Part shown: positions 36,282-49,966 of the stretch, one piece after another
How the letters are laid out: each line of letters starts with the position of its first letter
Numbering within the stretch: position 1 is the stretch's first letter
NCBI RefSeq assembly: GCF_006345805.1
Contig: NC_043010.1
Coordinates: forward strand, 6,572,001-6,636,000
Origin: Octopus sinensis
Lineage: Eukaryota
Length of the DNA stretch: 64,000 nt
Direction: 5' to 3'
The notes under the pieces: generated by a model
What the model saw: the letters and a program-made list of their open reading frames with translations, nothing else
What the model was told of the DNA's origin: nothing
Databases searched by the model: none
Made by a program: the position numbers and the translations under genes

Positions 36282-37012
36282 AACAACTCAACAGAGTAAA
36301 AGTACCTTAGCAAAGATCACATTACAACTGTAGCTACATGTAATAAACTGTTAACCCATTCAGCCTCATCAGCTTAGATGTTGATTATAAGAGAAGATTT
36401 CAGATTTTCATGTCATTTTTAATGAAATAACTTGTCCGTAAAGTTTTAGTCAACTTCGAAGACAATGAAACATTTTGGGAAATTTAATAAAATTATTAAA
36501 TTTGTCATTTATTAAGAATCTTTTGTTATATTTGGAGTATAACAAAAGATTCTTTAAATTATCATAAGAGGTTTTAATTTAAATATGAATGGTTGAAAAT
36601 GAACCGTTCATTTGAGAAAACCAAGTGCTGTCTTAGGTGGGTTGGTTGGTTGGTATCAAAACAGTTATGCGAACCAACATTATAAACACTTTTTGAAACA
36701 TTAGACAGAGTCAAATTTTGTGAATATTTTCCAGAAAATAAGCATTATGTTTTAAAAATCTCACTTGCAAAGATGAACATTTTGCAACATGTGAAACATT
36801 TATTATGTTATGACACAATTTCCAATATTAAGAAAAAAAAATATTGAATAAAAAAAATGAAGGTAACAGTGCATAAGTAAAAACTAGAATCAATGTAGTT
36901 TTGGACAACACCTTGTTTTCTATGATATTTAAAATGTTATTGTAATGTATTAACTTCAAAAGGACGAAAAGCAAAGTCAGTCTCAGCAGAATCATGCATA
37001 ATAATAATGGTA

Positions 37013-37043
<31 letters not shown>

Positions 37044-37324
37044 TGATGATGATCCTTTTGAGTGAAGGTAGAAGACCTCAAAATTAGGGGTAAGGGACTT
37101 GTTGATTACATTGACCCGAGTGTTTCACTGGTTCTTAATTTATCAACCCTGAAAGGAGGAAAGGCAAAGTTGACCTTGGTGGAATTTGAACCCAGAATGT
37201 AGTGACAAGCGAATACTGCTAAGCATTTCATCTAGCATGCTAACGATTCTGCTAGCTCACCACCTTAATAATAATAATGATAATAATAATAATAATAATA
37301 ATGATGATGATGATGATGATGATG

Positions 37325-37810
37325 ATAACAGGTGATCATAATATCTCGGCAAAAGAATTTAAGTTCAGAAAATATAAAGATTTGCTGATTGAAATCAAAA
37401 AGATGTGGCATCCCAAGACAGTTACAATACCTATTTGTTTATTACCCACAAGGGACTAAACACAGAGGGGACAAACAAGGACAGACATAGGTATTAAGTC
37501 GGTTACATCGACCCCAGTGCGTAACTGGTACTTAATTTATCGACCAAGAAAGGATGAAAGGCAAAGTTGACCTCGGTGGAATTTGAACTCACAACGTAAC
37601 GCAGACGAAATACCGCTAAGCATTTCACCCAGCGTGCTAACGATTCTGCCAGTTACAATACCAGTGATTGTAGGAGCACTTGGAATGACAAAAAAACAAA
37701 GGAACTGAAAATTACTTGAGGATGATCCCTGGCTTACTATCCATGCAAGATGTGCAAAAGATAGTCTTAACTGGTACGTCACATGTATTGAGAAGAGAAT
37801 TATTGCTGTG
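37325..37810 (+). mobile_element. R4/Dong-like LINE 3' fragment (restriction-like endonuclease C-terminus) split by a SINE B insertion
   Basis: Translates RKYKDLLIEIKKMWHPKTVTIP|VIVGALGM...MQDVQKIVLTGTSHVLRR; preceded by (AAT)n(GAT)n. Confidence 0.7.
37432..37650 (-). mobile_element. SINE family B with 12-bp target-site duplication
   Basis: agttacaatacc at 37420-37431 and 37651-37662. Confidence 0.88.
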
Positions 37811-38069
37811 AATTTTCTTTCCCTTTTTTTTCCCTTTTATTTTCTTCGTTTACTTTTTCATTCTTTCTTTTTTTATTTTCCTTTGCCTCTCTGTCCTTCT
37901 TACCCCTTTTCTCTACCATATGACTTTGTAAATGAACAATCTGGTGTCTATTTTAATGGCCTACCAATGTACCTGGTGAGTTTCTTTGCCCTAGGTGTCA
38001 GGAAGACAGTCGGCAAGAAATGGAAACAAAATTGGAAGATGATGATGATGACGATGATGATGATGCTAG

Positions 38070-38400
38070 GATTGTAAAGAAAAAGGACAAAAACAAAAAA
38101 TAATACAATCCCTTAGAATTTGAAATAGGAAGAATTTGGAGCATGAGAGCAGTAAAGGTCATGCCTATAATAATTGGTGCATTGGTCAGCAACAGTAATC
38201 AAAGACATAGACAAATGGTTGAAGGATATTGAAATAGAATGCCCAGTAGAGCACCTACAGAAAGTTTGTCTCTTAAAGGACAGCAAGGATTATCAAGGTG
38301 GGCTCTAAGCACTTGAAGGACAGCTGAAAACTGTAACCTGCTACCCACATAAATCCTATCAGAAATAAGAACAAACCTGAGCCAAACCAAAATAATAATA
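38070..38400 (+). mobile_element. Second R4/Dong-like LINE 3' fragment
   Basis: YNPLEFEIGRIWSMRAVKVMPIIIGALV; ends ...aaacctgagccaaaccaaaataataataa. Confidence 0.6.
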
Positions 38401-38471
38401 ATTACATACATACATGCCCCAGCATGGCCACAGCTCGTGAGCTGAAACTAGATAAAATAAAATTAAAATAA

Positions 38472-39870
38472 ATACATACTACATACATACATACATACAT
38501 ACATCATACATACATGCATACATACATGCATACATACATACATACATACATACATGCATACATACATACATACATACATACATGCATGCATACATACACA
38601 CACACATACATACATACATACATACATACATACATACATACATGCATACATACATACATACATGCATACATACATACATACATACATACATACATACATG
38701 CATACATACATACATACATACATACATACATACATACATGCATACATACATACATACATGCATACATACATACATACATACATACATACATACATACATA
38801 CATGCATGCATACATACATACATACATACAAACATACATACATACATACATACATACATGCATACATACATACAACATACATACATACATACATACATAC
38901 ATGCATACATACATACATACATACATGCATACATGCATACATACATACATACATACATACATACATACATACATACATACATGCATACATACATACATGC
39001 ATACATACATACATGCATGCATGCATACATACATACATACATGCATACATACATACATGCATGCATGCATACATACATACATGCATACATACATGCATAC
39101 ATACATACATACATACATGCATGCATACATACATACATACATACATGCATACATACATACATGCATACATACATACATACATACATACATGCATACATAC
39201 ATACATACATACATACATACATACATACATACATACATACATGCATACATACATACATACATACATACATACATACATACATACATACATGCATACATAC
39301 ATACATACATACATACATACATACATACATACATACATACATACATGCATGCATGCATGCATACATACATACATACATGCATGCATGCATGCATACATAC
39401 ATACATACATACATGCATGCATACATACATACATACATACATACATGCATGCATGCATGCATACATACATACATACATACATGCATGCATACATACATAC
39501 ATACATACATGCATGCATGCATGCATACATACATACATACATGCATGCATGCATGCATACATACATACATACATACATACATACATGCATTCATGCATAC
39601 ATACATACATACATACATACATACATGCATACATGCATACATACATACATACATACATGCATACATACATACATACATGCATACATACATACATACATGC
39701 ATACATACATACATACATGCATACATACATGCATACATACATACATACATACATACATACATGCATACATACATACATACATACATGCATACATGCATAC
39801 ATACATACATGCATACATGTACAAACATATATACATATATACATACATGCATACATATGCACATGCATAC
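38472..39870. repeat. About 1.4-kb (CATA/CATG)n tetranucleotide array
   Basis: Direct observation; source of the MYVC/HTYI ORFs. Confidence 0.97.
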
Positions 39871-40116
39871 CAATATATTAGTGGCAGTCTAGGCTTCACT
39901 ACATTGTTATTTCAAGTTTCCAATGCCTAACACTTATCATTAACTCGCATGCTATCCAAACCCGTGGAAATTCCATGGGCTTCATGGGAGAAACCCGAGA
40001 ACTGTAGTTGCCTGTTGTTATTGTGAAAGAAGAAATGACAACCAATAGCAGGCAAGATAGAGAAAGAGAGAGCATGAGAGAGAGAGAGAGACAGAGAGGA
40101 GAGAGAGGAGAGAGAG

Positions 40117-40147
<31 letters not shown>

Positions 40148-40269
40148 AAGGAGGTAAGAAGAGGAGGAATTTGACAAGTGTTAGTTGAAGTGGTAACAGT
40201 GTTAGGAGTATATAAAGAACGAAAGAGAAATCCCAGCAAATCAATGTAGTTGTATTATCCATATGCATG

Positions 40270-41250
40270 TGCACACGCACACACACACTACACGCATATA
40301 CCACATACATGCACCCACTATACAACACACACACAGAGAAACACACACACACATACACACACTACACGCATATACCACATACACGCACCCACTATACACA
40401 CACACACACATACACACACACACACACATACACACACACACACACACACCATACACACACTACAACGCATATACCACATACATGCACCCACTATACACAC
40501 ACACACACACAGAACACACACACACACCACACATACACACACTACACGCATATACCACATACACACACACACATACATACATACAACATGCATACATACA
40601 CACACACACCACACACACACATACATACATACATATACATACATGCATATACACATACACGCACCCACTATACACACCACACACACATACACACCACACA
40701 TACACACACTACAACGCATATACCACATACACGCACCCACTATACACACACCACAGAAAACACACACACACACATACACGCACTACACGCATATACCACA
40801 TACACGCACCCACTATACACACGCACCACACACATACACACACACACATACACACACTACACGCATATACCACATACACGCACCCACTATACACACACAC
40901 ACACATACACACACACACACACATACACGCACTACACGCATATACCACATATACGCACCCACTATACACACACACACACACACAGAAACACACACACAGA
41001 AACACACACACACACATACACACACTACATGCATATACCACATACACGCACCCACTATACACACACACACACACACACACAGAAACACACACACACACAT
41101 ACACACACTACACACATATACCACATACACGCACACACACAGAAACACACACACACATACACACACTACACGCATATACCACATACACGCACCCACTATA
41201 CACACGCACACACCACACATGCACATATATATTACACACCCACGTGAACT
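40270..41250. repeat. CA-rich minisatellite: about 40-bp core with variable (CA)n spacers
   Basis: Core cacactacacgcatataccacatacacgcacccactatacac recurs roughly 10-12 times. Confidence 0.9.
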
Positions 41251-41574
41251 ACATGCGCACACGTATATATACATATATATATATATACACACACACTGAG
41301 ACTGTAGCAGTTCGTTGTGGCATTGATGTTTGTAGGTGATGTCGTGATGATTTTAATTAATGGTGGTAAGGTGGTGGTGGTGGTGGTGGTGGTGGTGGTG
41401 TTGTGGGTGGCTGCGTTGGTGGTAATTTGTACAGAGTTGACGGAACAATTTATTTTTGTGGACTGATATTTTGTATGTTAATTCATACAAAGAAAAAAAG
41501 AAAAGTCAGGCAAAAAGTACTGCATGATTTAACATATGTACCTTAGTGCAAGTAATTGCCATTAAGCAATGCAG

Positions 41575-42240
41575 TCACCACCGCCACCACTACCACCGCC
41601 ACTACCACCACCATCACTACCACCACCACTACCACCAACAACAACACCACCACCACCACTACCACCATCACCACCACCACTACCACCTGCATCATTACCA
41701 CCACCACCACCACTACCACCACCACCGCCACTACCACCACTACCACCACCACTGCCACCACTACCACCTCTACCACCAACACCACCACCACTACCACCAC
41801 CAACACCAACACTACCACCACTACCACCAACACCCCTACCACCACCACTACCACCACCACTACAACCACCGCCACCACCACCACTACCACCACTACCACC
41901 ACTACCACCACCAACACCAACACTACCACCACTACCACCAACACCCCTACCACCACCACCACCACCATCAACCACCACCACCACCACCACCACCACCACT
42001 ACCACCAACACCACTACAACCACCACGACCACCACCACTACCACCACCACTACAACCACCGCCACCACCACCACTACCACCACCACAACCACTACCACCA
42101 CCACCATCAACCACCAACACCACCACCACTACAACCACCACTACCACCACCACCACTACCCCCAACACCACCACCACCACCACCACCACCACCACTACCA
42201 CCCCACCCCCCACAACCACCACTACCACCACCATCATGAC
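41575..42240. repeat. (ACC/ACT)n trinucleotide tract
   Basis: Direct observation. Confidence 0.95.
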
Positions 42241-42543
42241 TGGCAGCATCAGACAAAAAAACAACTGTCTTAAACAACAAATAAAAATCACCACCACCAC
42301 TATCATAACTACCAACTGCCTTTTCCCTAACCCTATTTGAGCTATTCCCTTTCATGTGATGCAGCAGGAGTGGCTGTGTGGTAAGATGCTTGCTTCCCAA
42401 CCACATGGTTTTGGGTTCAAGTTTACTAACTTTTAGAGGTTGCTTGCATATTTTTACATCATAATTTTTGTCAGACTCACAAGTGATTTTTACATCACAT
42501 GCACTTAAGCAGGTCCTCTGTAACTTATTACAAAACAGAACAG

Positions 42544-42920
42544 AGTGGCTGTGTGGTAAGTAGCTTGTTTGTCAACCACATGGTTCCAGGTTCAGTCCCA
42601 CTGCGTGGCATCTTGGGCAACTGTCTTCTACTATAGCCTCAAGCCAACCAAAGCCTTGTGAGTGGATTTGGTAGACGGAGACTGAAAGAAGCCCGTCGTA
42701 TATATGTATATATATGTGTGTCTGGGTTTGTCCCCCTAGCATTGCTTGACAACCGATGCTGGTGTGTTTATGTCCCCGTTACTTAGCGATTCGGCAAAAG
42801 AGACCGATAGAATAAGTACTGGGCTTACAAAAGAATAAGTCTTGGCGTCGAGTTGCTCGACTAAAGGCGGTGCTCCAGCATGACCGCAGTCAAATGACTG
42901 AAACAAGTAAAAGAGTAAAA
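42544..42920 (+). mobile_element. SINE family A
   Basis: Aligns with the other family A copies. Confidence 0.88.
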
Positions 42921-43094
42921 AGAGAGAGAGAGTACCAAAATTACCTGACTACCTGTACTCTCTATAAAACATGAGAATAAGAACAGGATGGAAAAAGTTT
43001 AAGAAGGAATTTCCTCTCAAGGCTATGAAGACATTTCTTGCGTGATTCATGCAGATACAGCGTGATGCTACATGGTAATGAAACCTATGCACTG

Positions 43095-43512
43095 ACTCTT
43101 TTTACTCTCTTTTACATGTTTCAGTCATTTGACTGCGGCCATGCTGGAGCACCGCCTTTTAGTCGAGCAACTCGACCCCGGGACTTATTCTTTTTGTAAG
43201 CCCAGTACTTATTCTATCGGTCTCTTTTTGCTGAACCGCTAAGTGACGGGGATGTAAACACACCAGCATCGGTTGTCAAGCAATGATAGGGGAACAAACA
43301 CAGACACACAAACACACACACGCATATATACATATATATATACATATATACGACAGGCTTCTTTCAGTTTCCGTCTACCAAATCCACTCACAAGGCATTG
43401 GTTGGCCCAGGGCTATAGCAGAAGACACTTGCCCATATGCCACGCAGTGGGACTGAACCCGGAACCATGTGGTTGGTTAGCAAGCTACTTACCACACAGC
43501 TACTCCTGCGCC
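43095..43512 (-). mobile_element. SINE family A (inverted relative to 42544-42920)
   Basis: Reverse complement of family A. Confidence 0.88.
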
Positions 43513-43702
43513 TAAATCCTACAGAGGATACATAAATGCTGTAAAAGAAACGAATATTCTCTACTAGGTGTGTAGAGCACATGAACAATAGAATACATAC
43601 AAACTCACACACACACACACACATATATGCAAGTGCATGCATGTTTACATACATGAATGTATACATACAATATATATATAGGCACAAACACATACACATA
43701 TT

Positions 43703-43930
43703 TCTGTATTGCCCACAAGGGGCTAAACATAGAGGGGACAAACAAGGACAGACAAAGGGATTAAGTCGATTACATCGACCCCCTTGTGTGACTGGCACTT
43801 AATTTATCGACCCCGAAAGGATGAAAGGCAAAGTCGACCTCGGCGGAATTTGAACTCAGAACGTAACGGCAGATGAAATTTTCACTAAGCATTTATCCCG
43901 GCGTGCTAACGATTCTGCCAGTTCGCCGCC
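43703..43930 (-). mobile_element. SINE family B
   Basis: Reverse complement of family B from tail to head (gccagttcgccgcc). Confidence 0.85.
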
Positions 43931-44025
43931 TTTCGCACAAACACATGCACAATTTAGAGAATCTATTTATTTCGTACAAGAATCAACAGTTCAATATATG
44001 CTTGCATGTACGTGTGTGTGAGTGC

Positions 44026-44077
<52 letters not shown>

Positions 44078-44165
44078 TGTGTGTGAGTGCGTGTTGTGTG
44101 TGTAAGTAATCTTCATGTGTATCTAGCAAAAGGAAAAAGAACAGACTTCCAATCATAGGATCTGA

Positions 44166-44388
44166 ACCTATTTCTTTACTACCCACAAGGGGCTAAACAC
44201 AGAAGGAACAAACAAGGACAGACAAACGGATTAAGTCGATTATATCGACCCCAGTGCATAACTGGTACATATTTAATCGACCCAGAAAGGATGAAAGGCA
44301 AAGTAGACCTCGGTGAATTTGAACTCAGAACGTAGCGGCAGACGAAATACCGCAAAGCATTTCGCCCGGCGTGCTAACGTTTCTGCAC
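44166..44388 (-). mobile_element. SINE family B
   Basis: Reverse complement of family B, ending at the internal-type junction cctatttctttactacccac. Confidence 0.85.
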
Positions 44389-45047
44389 CACTTATCTATC
44401 ACTTGCCAAGCAATTGTACGTTAACACCTCCAACATAGTCAAAATAAGACAGAAAAATCTTTTTTTTTTTACTTTGGCACATGAGGAAAAATATATACTG
44501 TACCTTGTCAGGTACCACTAACTTAATTAAAGAAAATCCTTCATAAATATCCTGACTCTGAAGAGTAGGATAAACGAGGACACATCTTTGATCTCTTTTG
44601 GAAAACATATTCTGATTAGGGAAATTACAGAATGAGGGATAACTTCCTTTAGATAACAAAAGTAAAACAAACGACATGGACACGATGGTGTAATTTTGAG
44701 AGAGATTTAAGCTAGCGTTAATTCAACAACAAAGGCAAATTGCAAGGATGAATCTAGGATTGAGACTAGATTTACTTTTTTGATGTCTGCTATCCCTCAT
44801 TAGTTAGCAAGCTAATCATTCCAAGCAGTGGCTAATTCAAGTCTATATCATAAATAAATGTTCATAAATTCCATCACTGTATTTGCTCAAACTTCAGGCA
44901 ACAGGGGAGATGTTAATGATATTCTTCTTTTTTTTTTTTTTTGTTGAAAACATGATTATGGTAAGACATAAACTTTTGATAATATAACAAATACATGCAT
45001 ACACATATACAAGGTACAAGGACTCAGACTTAATGGAACACACAAAT

Positions 45048-45049
<2 letters not shown>

Positions 45050-45106
<57 letters not shown>

Positions 45107-45339
45107 GATCGCCATGTTAATTCGCTAGCCTCTGCACGCATTTTTTTTCTCTCCTTGTTTCTTTCTGTGTTTCTTTTCTGTGTATCTTTCTGTTGAAGAG
45201 CGTAGGCTCGAAACGTAAAAGACTTGTTTTATTTATATTCCTGAGCGCCATACTAATACAATTGTTTGTTTGTATTCCACTGCCTTCATCTTTTGTTTAT
45301 TTTCATAAAGCTTCCGTTATCTGTCTATCTGTCTATCTA

Positions 45340-45372
<33 letters not shown>

Positions 45373-45400
45373 CCTACCTACCTATCTATCTATCTATCTG

Positions 45401-45459
<59 letters not shown>

Positions 45460-45686
45460 GATCGCCATGTTAATTCGCTAGCCTCTGCACGCATTTTTTT
45501 TCTCTCCTTGTTTCTTTCTGTGTTTCTTTTCTGTGTATCTTTCTGTTGAAGAGCGTAGGCTCGAAACGTAAAAGACTTGTTTTATTTATATTCCTGAGCG
45601 CCATACTAATACAATTGTTTGTTTGTATTCCACCTGCCTTCATCTTTTGTTTATTTTCATAAAGCTTCCCGTTATCTGTCTATCTG

Positions 45687-45730
<44 letters not shown>

Positions 45731-46010
45731 CCTACCTACCTATCTATCTATCTATCTATCTATCTGTCTATCTATCTATCTATCTGTCTATCTACCTATC
45801 TATCTATCTATCTACCTACCTGTCTATCTGTCTGTCTGTCTATCTATCACCATGATAGATTGTTAGCCACAACACACATTTTTTTTCTCTCCTTGTTTTT
45901 TTCTGTGTCCCTTTCTGTAGAAGAGCGTAGGCTCGAAATGTAAAAGACTTTTTCTATTCCTGAGCGTTATACTAATACATCTGTTTGTTTTGTACATCAC
46001 CTGTCTTTCT
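45050..46010 (+). mobile_element. Head-to-tail array of three short hammerhead-bearing elements separated by (TCTA)n
   Basis: Units at 45108-45318 and 45461-45673 (near identical, period 353) and 45847-46010 (sister subfamily); hammerhead-like motifs at 45185-45222, 45538-45575 and 45911-45946. Confidence 0.8.
45185..45222 (+). ncRNA. Minimal type-I hammerhead-ribozyme-like motif (core CUGUUGA; predicted cleavage after GUA at 45217)
   Basis: Stem I tcttt/aaaga; ctgttga; bulged a; stem II gagc-gtag-gctc; GAAAC-GTA with palindromic ACGT stem III. Confidence 0.6.
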
Positions 46011-46358
46011 GTCTCCCTCCCTTTGTGTTCACACACACACACACACACATGGCTAGACAGGAAGAAAATATATAGTAGGCATGTGAAAGAAGCATTGTGA
46101 ATTAAACAAACATTTTGAACATATTTTGTCTTAGTCATGACTTCCAAAGTATTTCAGGGTTGGCTTCCAAGCAGTTTCAAATTTATTCACCTTTCCACTA
46201 GAGGGCATCATGAGATGACTTTTGGTGATTTGATACCTATTGCCTAAAGCAAGGATGTTCTCCATGGCAAACTACAATAAAAACAACTTCTTACATCCCA
46301 AATTTATTTGAACTGATCTAAATGTTTCTTCTTCTTCTTCTTCTTCTTCTTGTTCTTC

Positions 46359-46389
<31 letters not shown>

Positions 46390-46629
46390 CCACGACCACC
46401 ACCACGACCACCACCACGACCACCACCACGACCACCACCACGACCACCACCACGACCACCACCATCATCATCATCATCATCATCATCGTTTAACGTCCGT
46501 TTTTACATGCTAGCATGGGTTCTTTTAAAAAAATGTTTGCTTTCATAATTTACTTATTGTCACTCCCATTGCTTAAATTTATAGGAAGCTGTTTCGTGTT
46601 AGAGTAAATAGAAAGACATATATATATGT

Positions 46630-47046
46630 CGCAGGAGTGGCTGTGTGGCTGTGTGGTAAGTAGCTTGCTAACCAACCACATGGTTCCGGGTTCAGTCCCA
46701 CTGCGTGGCATCTTGGGCAAGTGTCTTCTGCTATAGCCTCGGGCCGACCAAAGCCTTGTGAGTGGATTTGGTAGACGGAAACTGAAAGAAGCCTGTCGTA
46801 TATATGTATATATATATATGTATGTTTGTGTGTCTGTGTTTGTCCCTCTAGCATTGCTTGACAACCGGTGCTGGTGTGTTTACGTCCCCGTCACTTAGCG
46901 GTTCGGCAAAAGAGACCGATAGAATAAGTACTGGGCTTACAAAGAATAAGTCCCGGGGTCGATTTGCTCGACCAAAGGCGGTGCTCTAGCATGGCCGCAG
47001 TCAAATGACTGAAACAAGTATAAAAGAGTAAAAAGAGTAAAAGAGT
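46630..47046 (+). mobile_element. SINE family A, full length
   Basis: Aligns with the other family A copies. Confidence 0.9.
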
Positions 47047-47812
47047 ATATATATACATGATTGGCCATGTTTTTTTTCTCTTTGGAAGGGAGCTTGTGTT
47101 GACTGCAACCCACAACAACCAGAGATAGGTAAAGAAACTAAATAGCACTAGTTATGCCTTTTCCGTGCATAGAAACATGAATTATATGTGTGTGCTTGTC
47201 TGTATGAAGTGTGTGTAAGTACATGAGTGTGTGCTTGTTTGGGTATTTGATTGATTCAACTATCTTTCTGTCCATCTGTCTTTCTGCTTATCTATCTATA
47301 TGCACACACACACATACATATGCATATATATTTATGAATGTATATATTCATATAAATATATATATATCCTTAAATATATACATAAGTAATGCATGACTGC
47401 ATGCGCATTTATATAAGTATATTCATTCATACATATATAGAATATAGATGCATGAATATATAGATGTACATACAATACATTCGCATAATAAAAAATATTT
47501 ATACACATACATATATATATGTTTGTATGCATGTATACATTCTGAACAAAAATGCAATACATTGAGTAGCATTTATATATATATATAAAAAAAAAAGACA
47601 GCAAATTTTAAAAAATACTGAAAGGTACTGCCAGAAATTCCTGCAGGAAAGACCATTTAAACGTATTATAGATTTTCAAATACAATAGCATTGCTAATGA
47701 GAGTAGATTCTCACATTGACTTAGCACAGCTCTAACATTACACCTACCAAACTCCAGACTATATTCATTGTTCCTATGAAGTTGTTTATTAAAGAAAGTT
47801 ACAAATTGCCAA

Positions 47813-48410
47813 CGAGTTGGTAGAATCATTAGCACACCGGGTGAAATGCTTAGCTGTATTTCGTCTGCTGCTACGCTCTGAGTTCAAATTCCACCGAGGT
47901 CGACTTTGCCTTTCATCCTGTCGGGGTCGATAAATTAAGTACCAGTTACGCACTGGGGTCGATGTAATCGACTTAATCCGTTTGTCTGTCCTTGTTTGTC
48001 CTCTCTGTGTTAAGCCCCTTGTGGGTAGTAAAAAAATAGGTATTTCGTCTGCCGCTACATTCTGAGTTCAAATTCCGCCGAGGTCGACTTTGCCTTTCAT
48101 CCTTTCGGGGTCGATAAATTAAGTACCAGTTACACACTGAGGTCGATGTAATTGACTTAATCCGTTTGTCTGTCCTTGTTTGTCCTCTCTGTGTTTAGCC
48201 CCTTGTGGGTAGTAAAAAAATAGGTATTTCGTCTGCCGCTACATTCTGAGTTCAAATTCCGCCGAGGTCGACTTTGCCTTTCGTCCTTTCGGGGTCGATA
48301 AATTAAGTACCAGTTACGCACTAGGGTCCATGTAATCGACTTAATCCCTTTGTCTGTGTTTGTTTGTCCCCTCTATGTTTAGCCCCTTGTGGGCAATAAA
48401 GAAATAAGAA
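47813..48410 (+). mobile_element. SINE family B, trimeric (184-bp units)
   Basis: gtatttcgtctg recurs at 47856, 48040 and 48224; terminal unit ends gggcaataaagaaataagaa. Confidence 0.88.
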
Positions 48411-49088
48411 TGTTATTCCTTGAGCAAGCAGACCATACATAAGTACTCACACGTGTAAGAATTAGTCACTTTATTATATGAAATATGTGAAGAGAATAAG
48501 AAAATAGCTATCACCAATTATATATATATTTCTATTCTTTGGTGTAAACTCATTATAAGTATATAGCTGTGCATGTAAGTATATAGTTGTGCATTATAAG
48601 TATATAGATGTTGTTGTGTGTGCAATCTGCATGTATGTAAATATTGCATATATATATATATCTTTCTTTCTTTCTTTTCATATATATATATATATGAATG
48701 AATATATTCCTGTATGTATGCATGCAGTCATCTATTACTTATGCATTTATCTAATACACTTCTGTATTTTTTAAGTGCTATTAAAATATAATATGTTTAT
48801 ATTTATTGCATGTGAAAGGCTGTGAGCTAACAGGATTGTTGGCATAGCATGTAGGGTAAAATACTTAGTGATATTTCATTTGTCTTTATGTTCTGAGTTC
48901 AAATTCTGTTGAGGTTGAGTTTACCTTTCATCCTTTTGGGGTTGATAAAATAAGTACCATTTCAGTACTGGTGTTCATCTAATTGACTTACTGCCTCTAA
49001 CCCCAAATTGCTGGCCTTGTGTCAGAATTTGAAAATAATATATATCAGGTGTCTCTGCACATCATATACACATACACATGTACATATT

Positions 49089-49119
<31 letters not shown>

Positions 49120-49369
49120 ATTTATCCAGAAATACATGTATACACACACACATGTGTGCGCACACACACACACACACAAATTGCACCTGTAATTCAAAGG
49201 CCTAGTTGGATCAAACTGTATCATGCTGGTTCAGCTTGAGAGTTATATTAAGGGCACACATGTCTGTGGAGTACTCAGCCACTTGAACATTACTATAATG
49301 AGCCTGGTAGTTCTGTTGACTGAACAACTGAATGCTTATAGTCACACATTTTGATAGTGGTTCATTTTC

Positions 49370-49408
<39 letters not shown>

Positions 49409-49518
49409 AAAAGAAAGAGAGGCAGACAGATAGATTGAACCACAGCCAGAGAGACAAATAATCAAATGGACAGAAAGACAAAGAGAAAGAGTATAAATAT
49501 AGTTGAGGCAATAGTATA

Positions 49519-49674
49519 GTGTGGCTGTGTGGTAAGTAGCTTGCTAACCAACCACATGGTTCCGGGTTCAGTCCCACTGTGTGGCACTTTGGGCAAGTGT
49601 CTTCTACTATAGGCTTGGGCCGACCAAAGCCTTGTGAGTGGATTTGGTAGATGGAAACTGAAAGAAGCCCGTCG

Positions 49675-49750
<76 letters not shown>

Positions 49751-49966
49751 ATACATTTGTGTGTCTGTGTTTGTCCCCCCAACATCACTTGACAACCGAT
49801 TCTGGTGTATTGCGTCCCCGTAATTTAGCAGTTTGGCAAAAGAGACTGATAGAATAATTACTAGGCTTATAAAGAATAAGTCCTGGGGTTGATTTGCTCA
49901 ACTAAAGGCAGTGCTCCAGCATAGCCACAGTCAAATGACTGAAACAAGTAAAAGAGTAAAAGAGTA
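49519..49966 (+). mobile_element. SINE family A
   Basis: Aligns with the other family A copies; expanded internal (TA)n. Confidence 0.88.

Noticed and set aside
40270-41250. CRISPR-like look (constant core plus variable spacers)
   Set aside because: Spacers are just (CA)n variants, the context is eukaryotic and there are no cas genes; it is a minisatellite.
38463-42340. MYVC/HTYI, HT-rich and poly-Pro/Thr ORFs up to 464 aa
   Set aside because: Products of tetra-, di- and trinucleotide arrays that lack stop codons.
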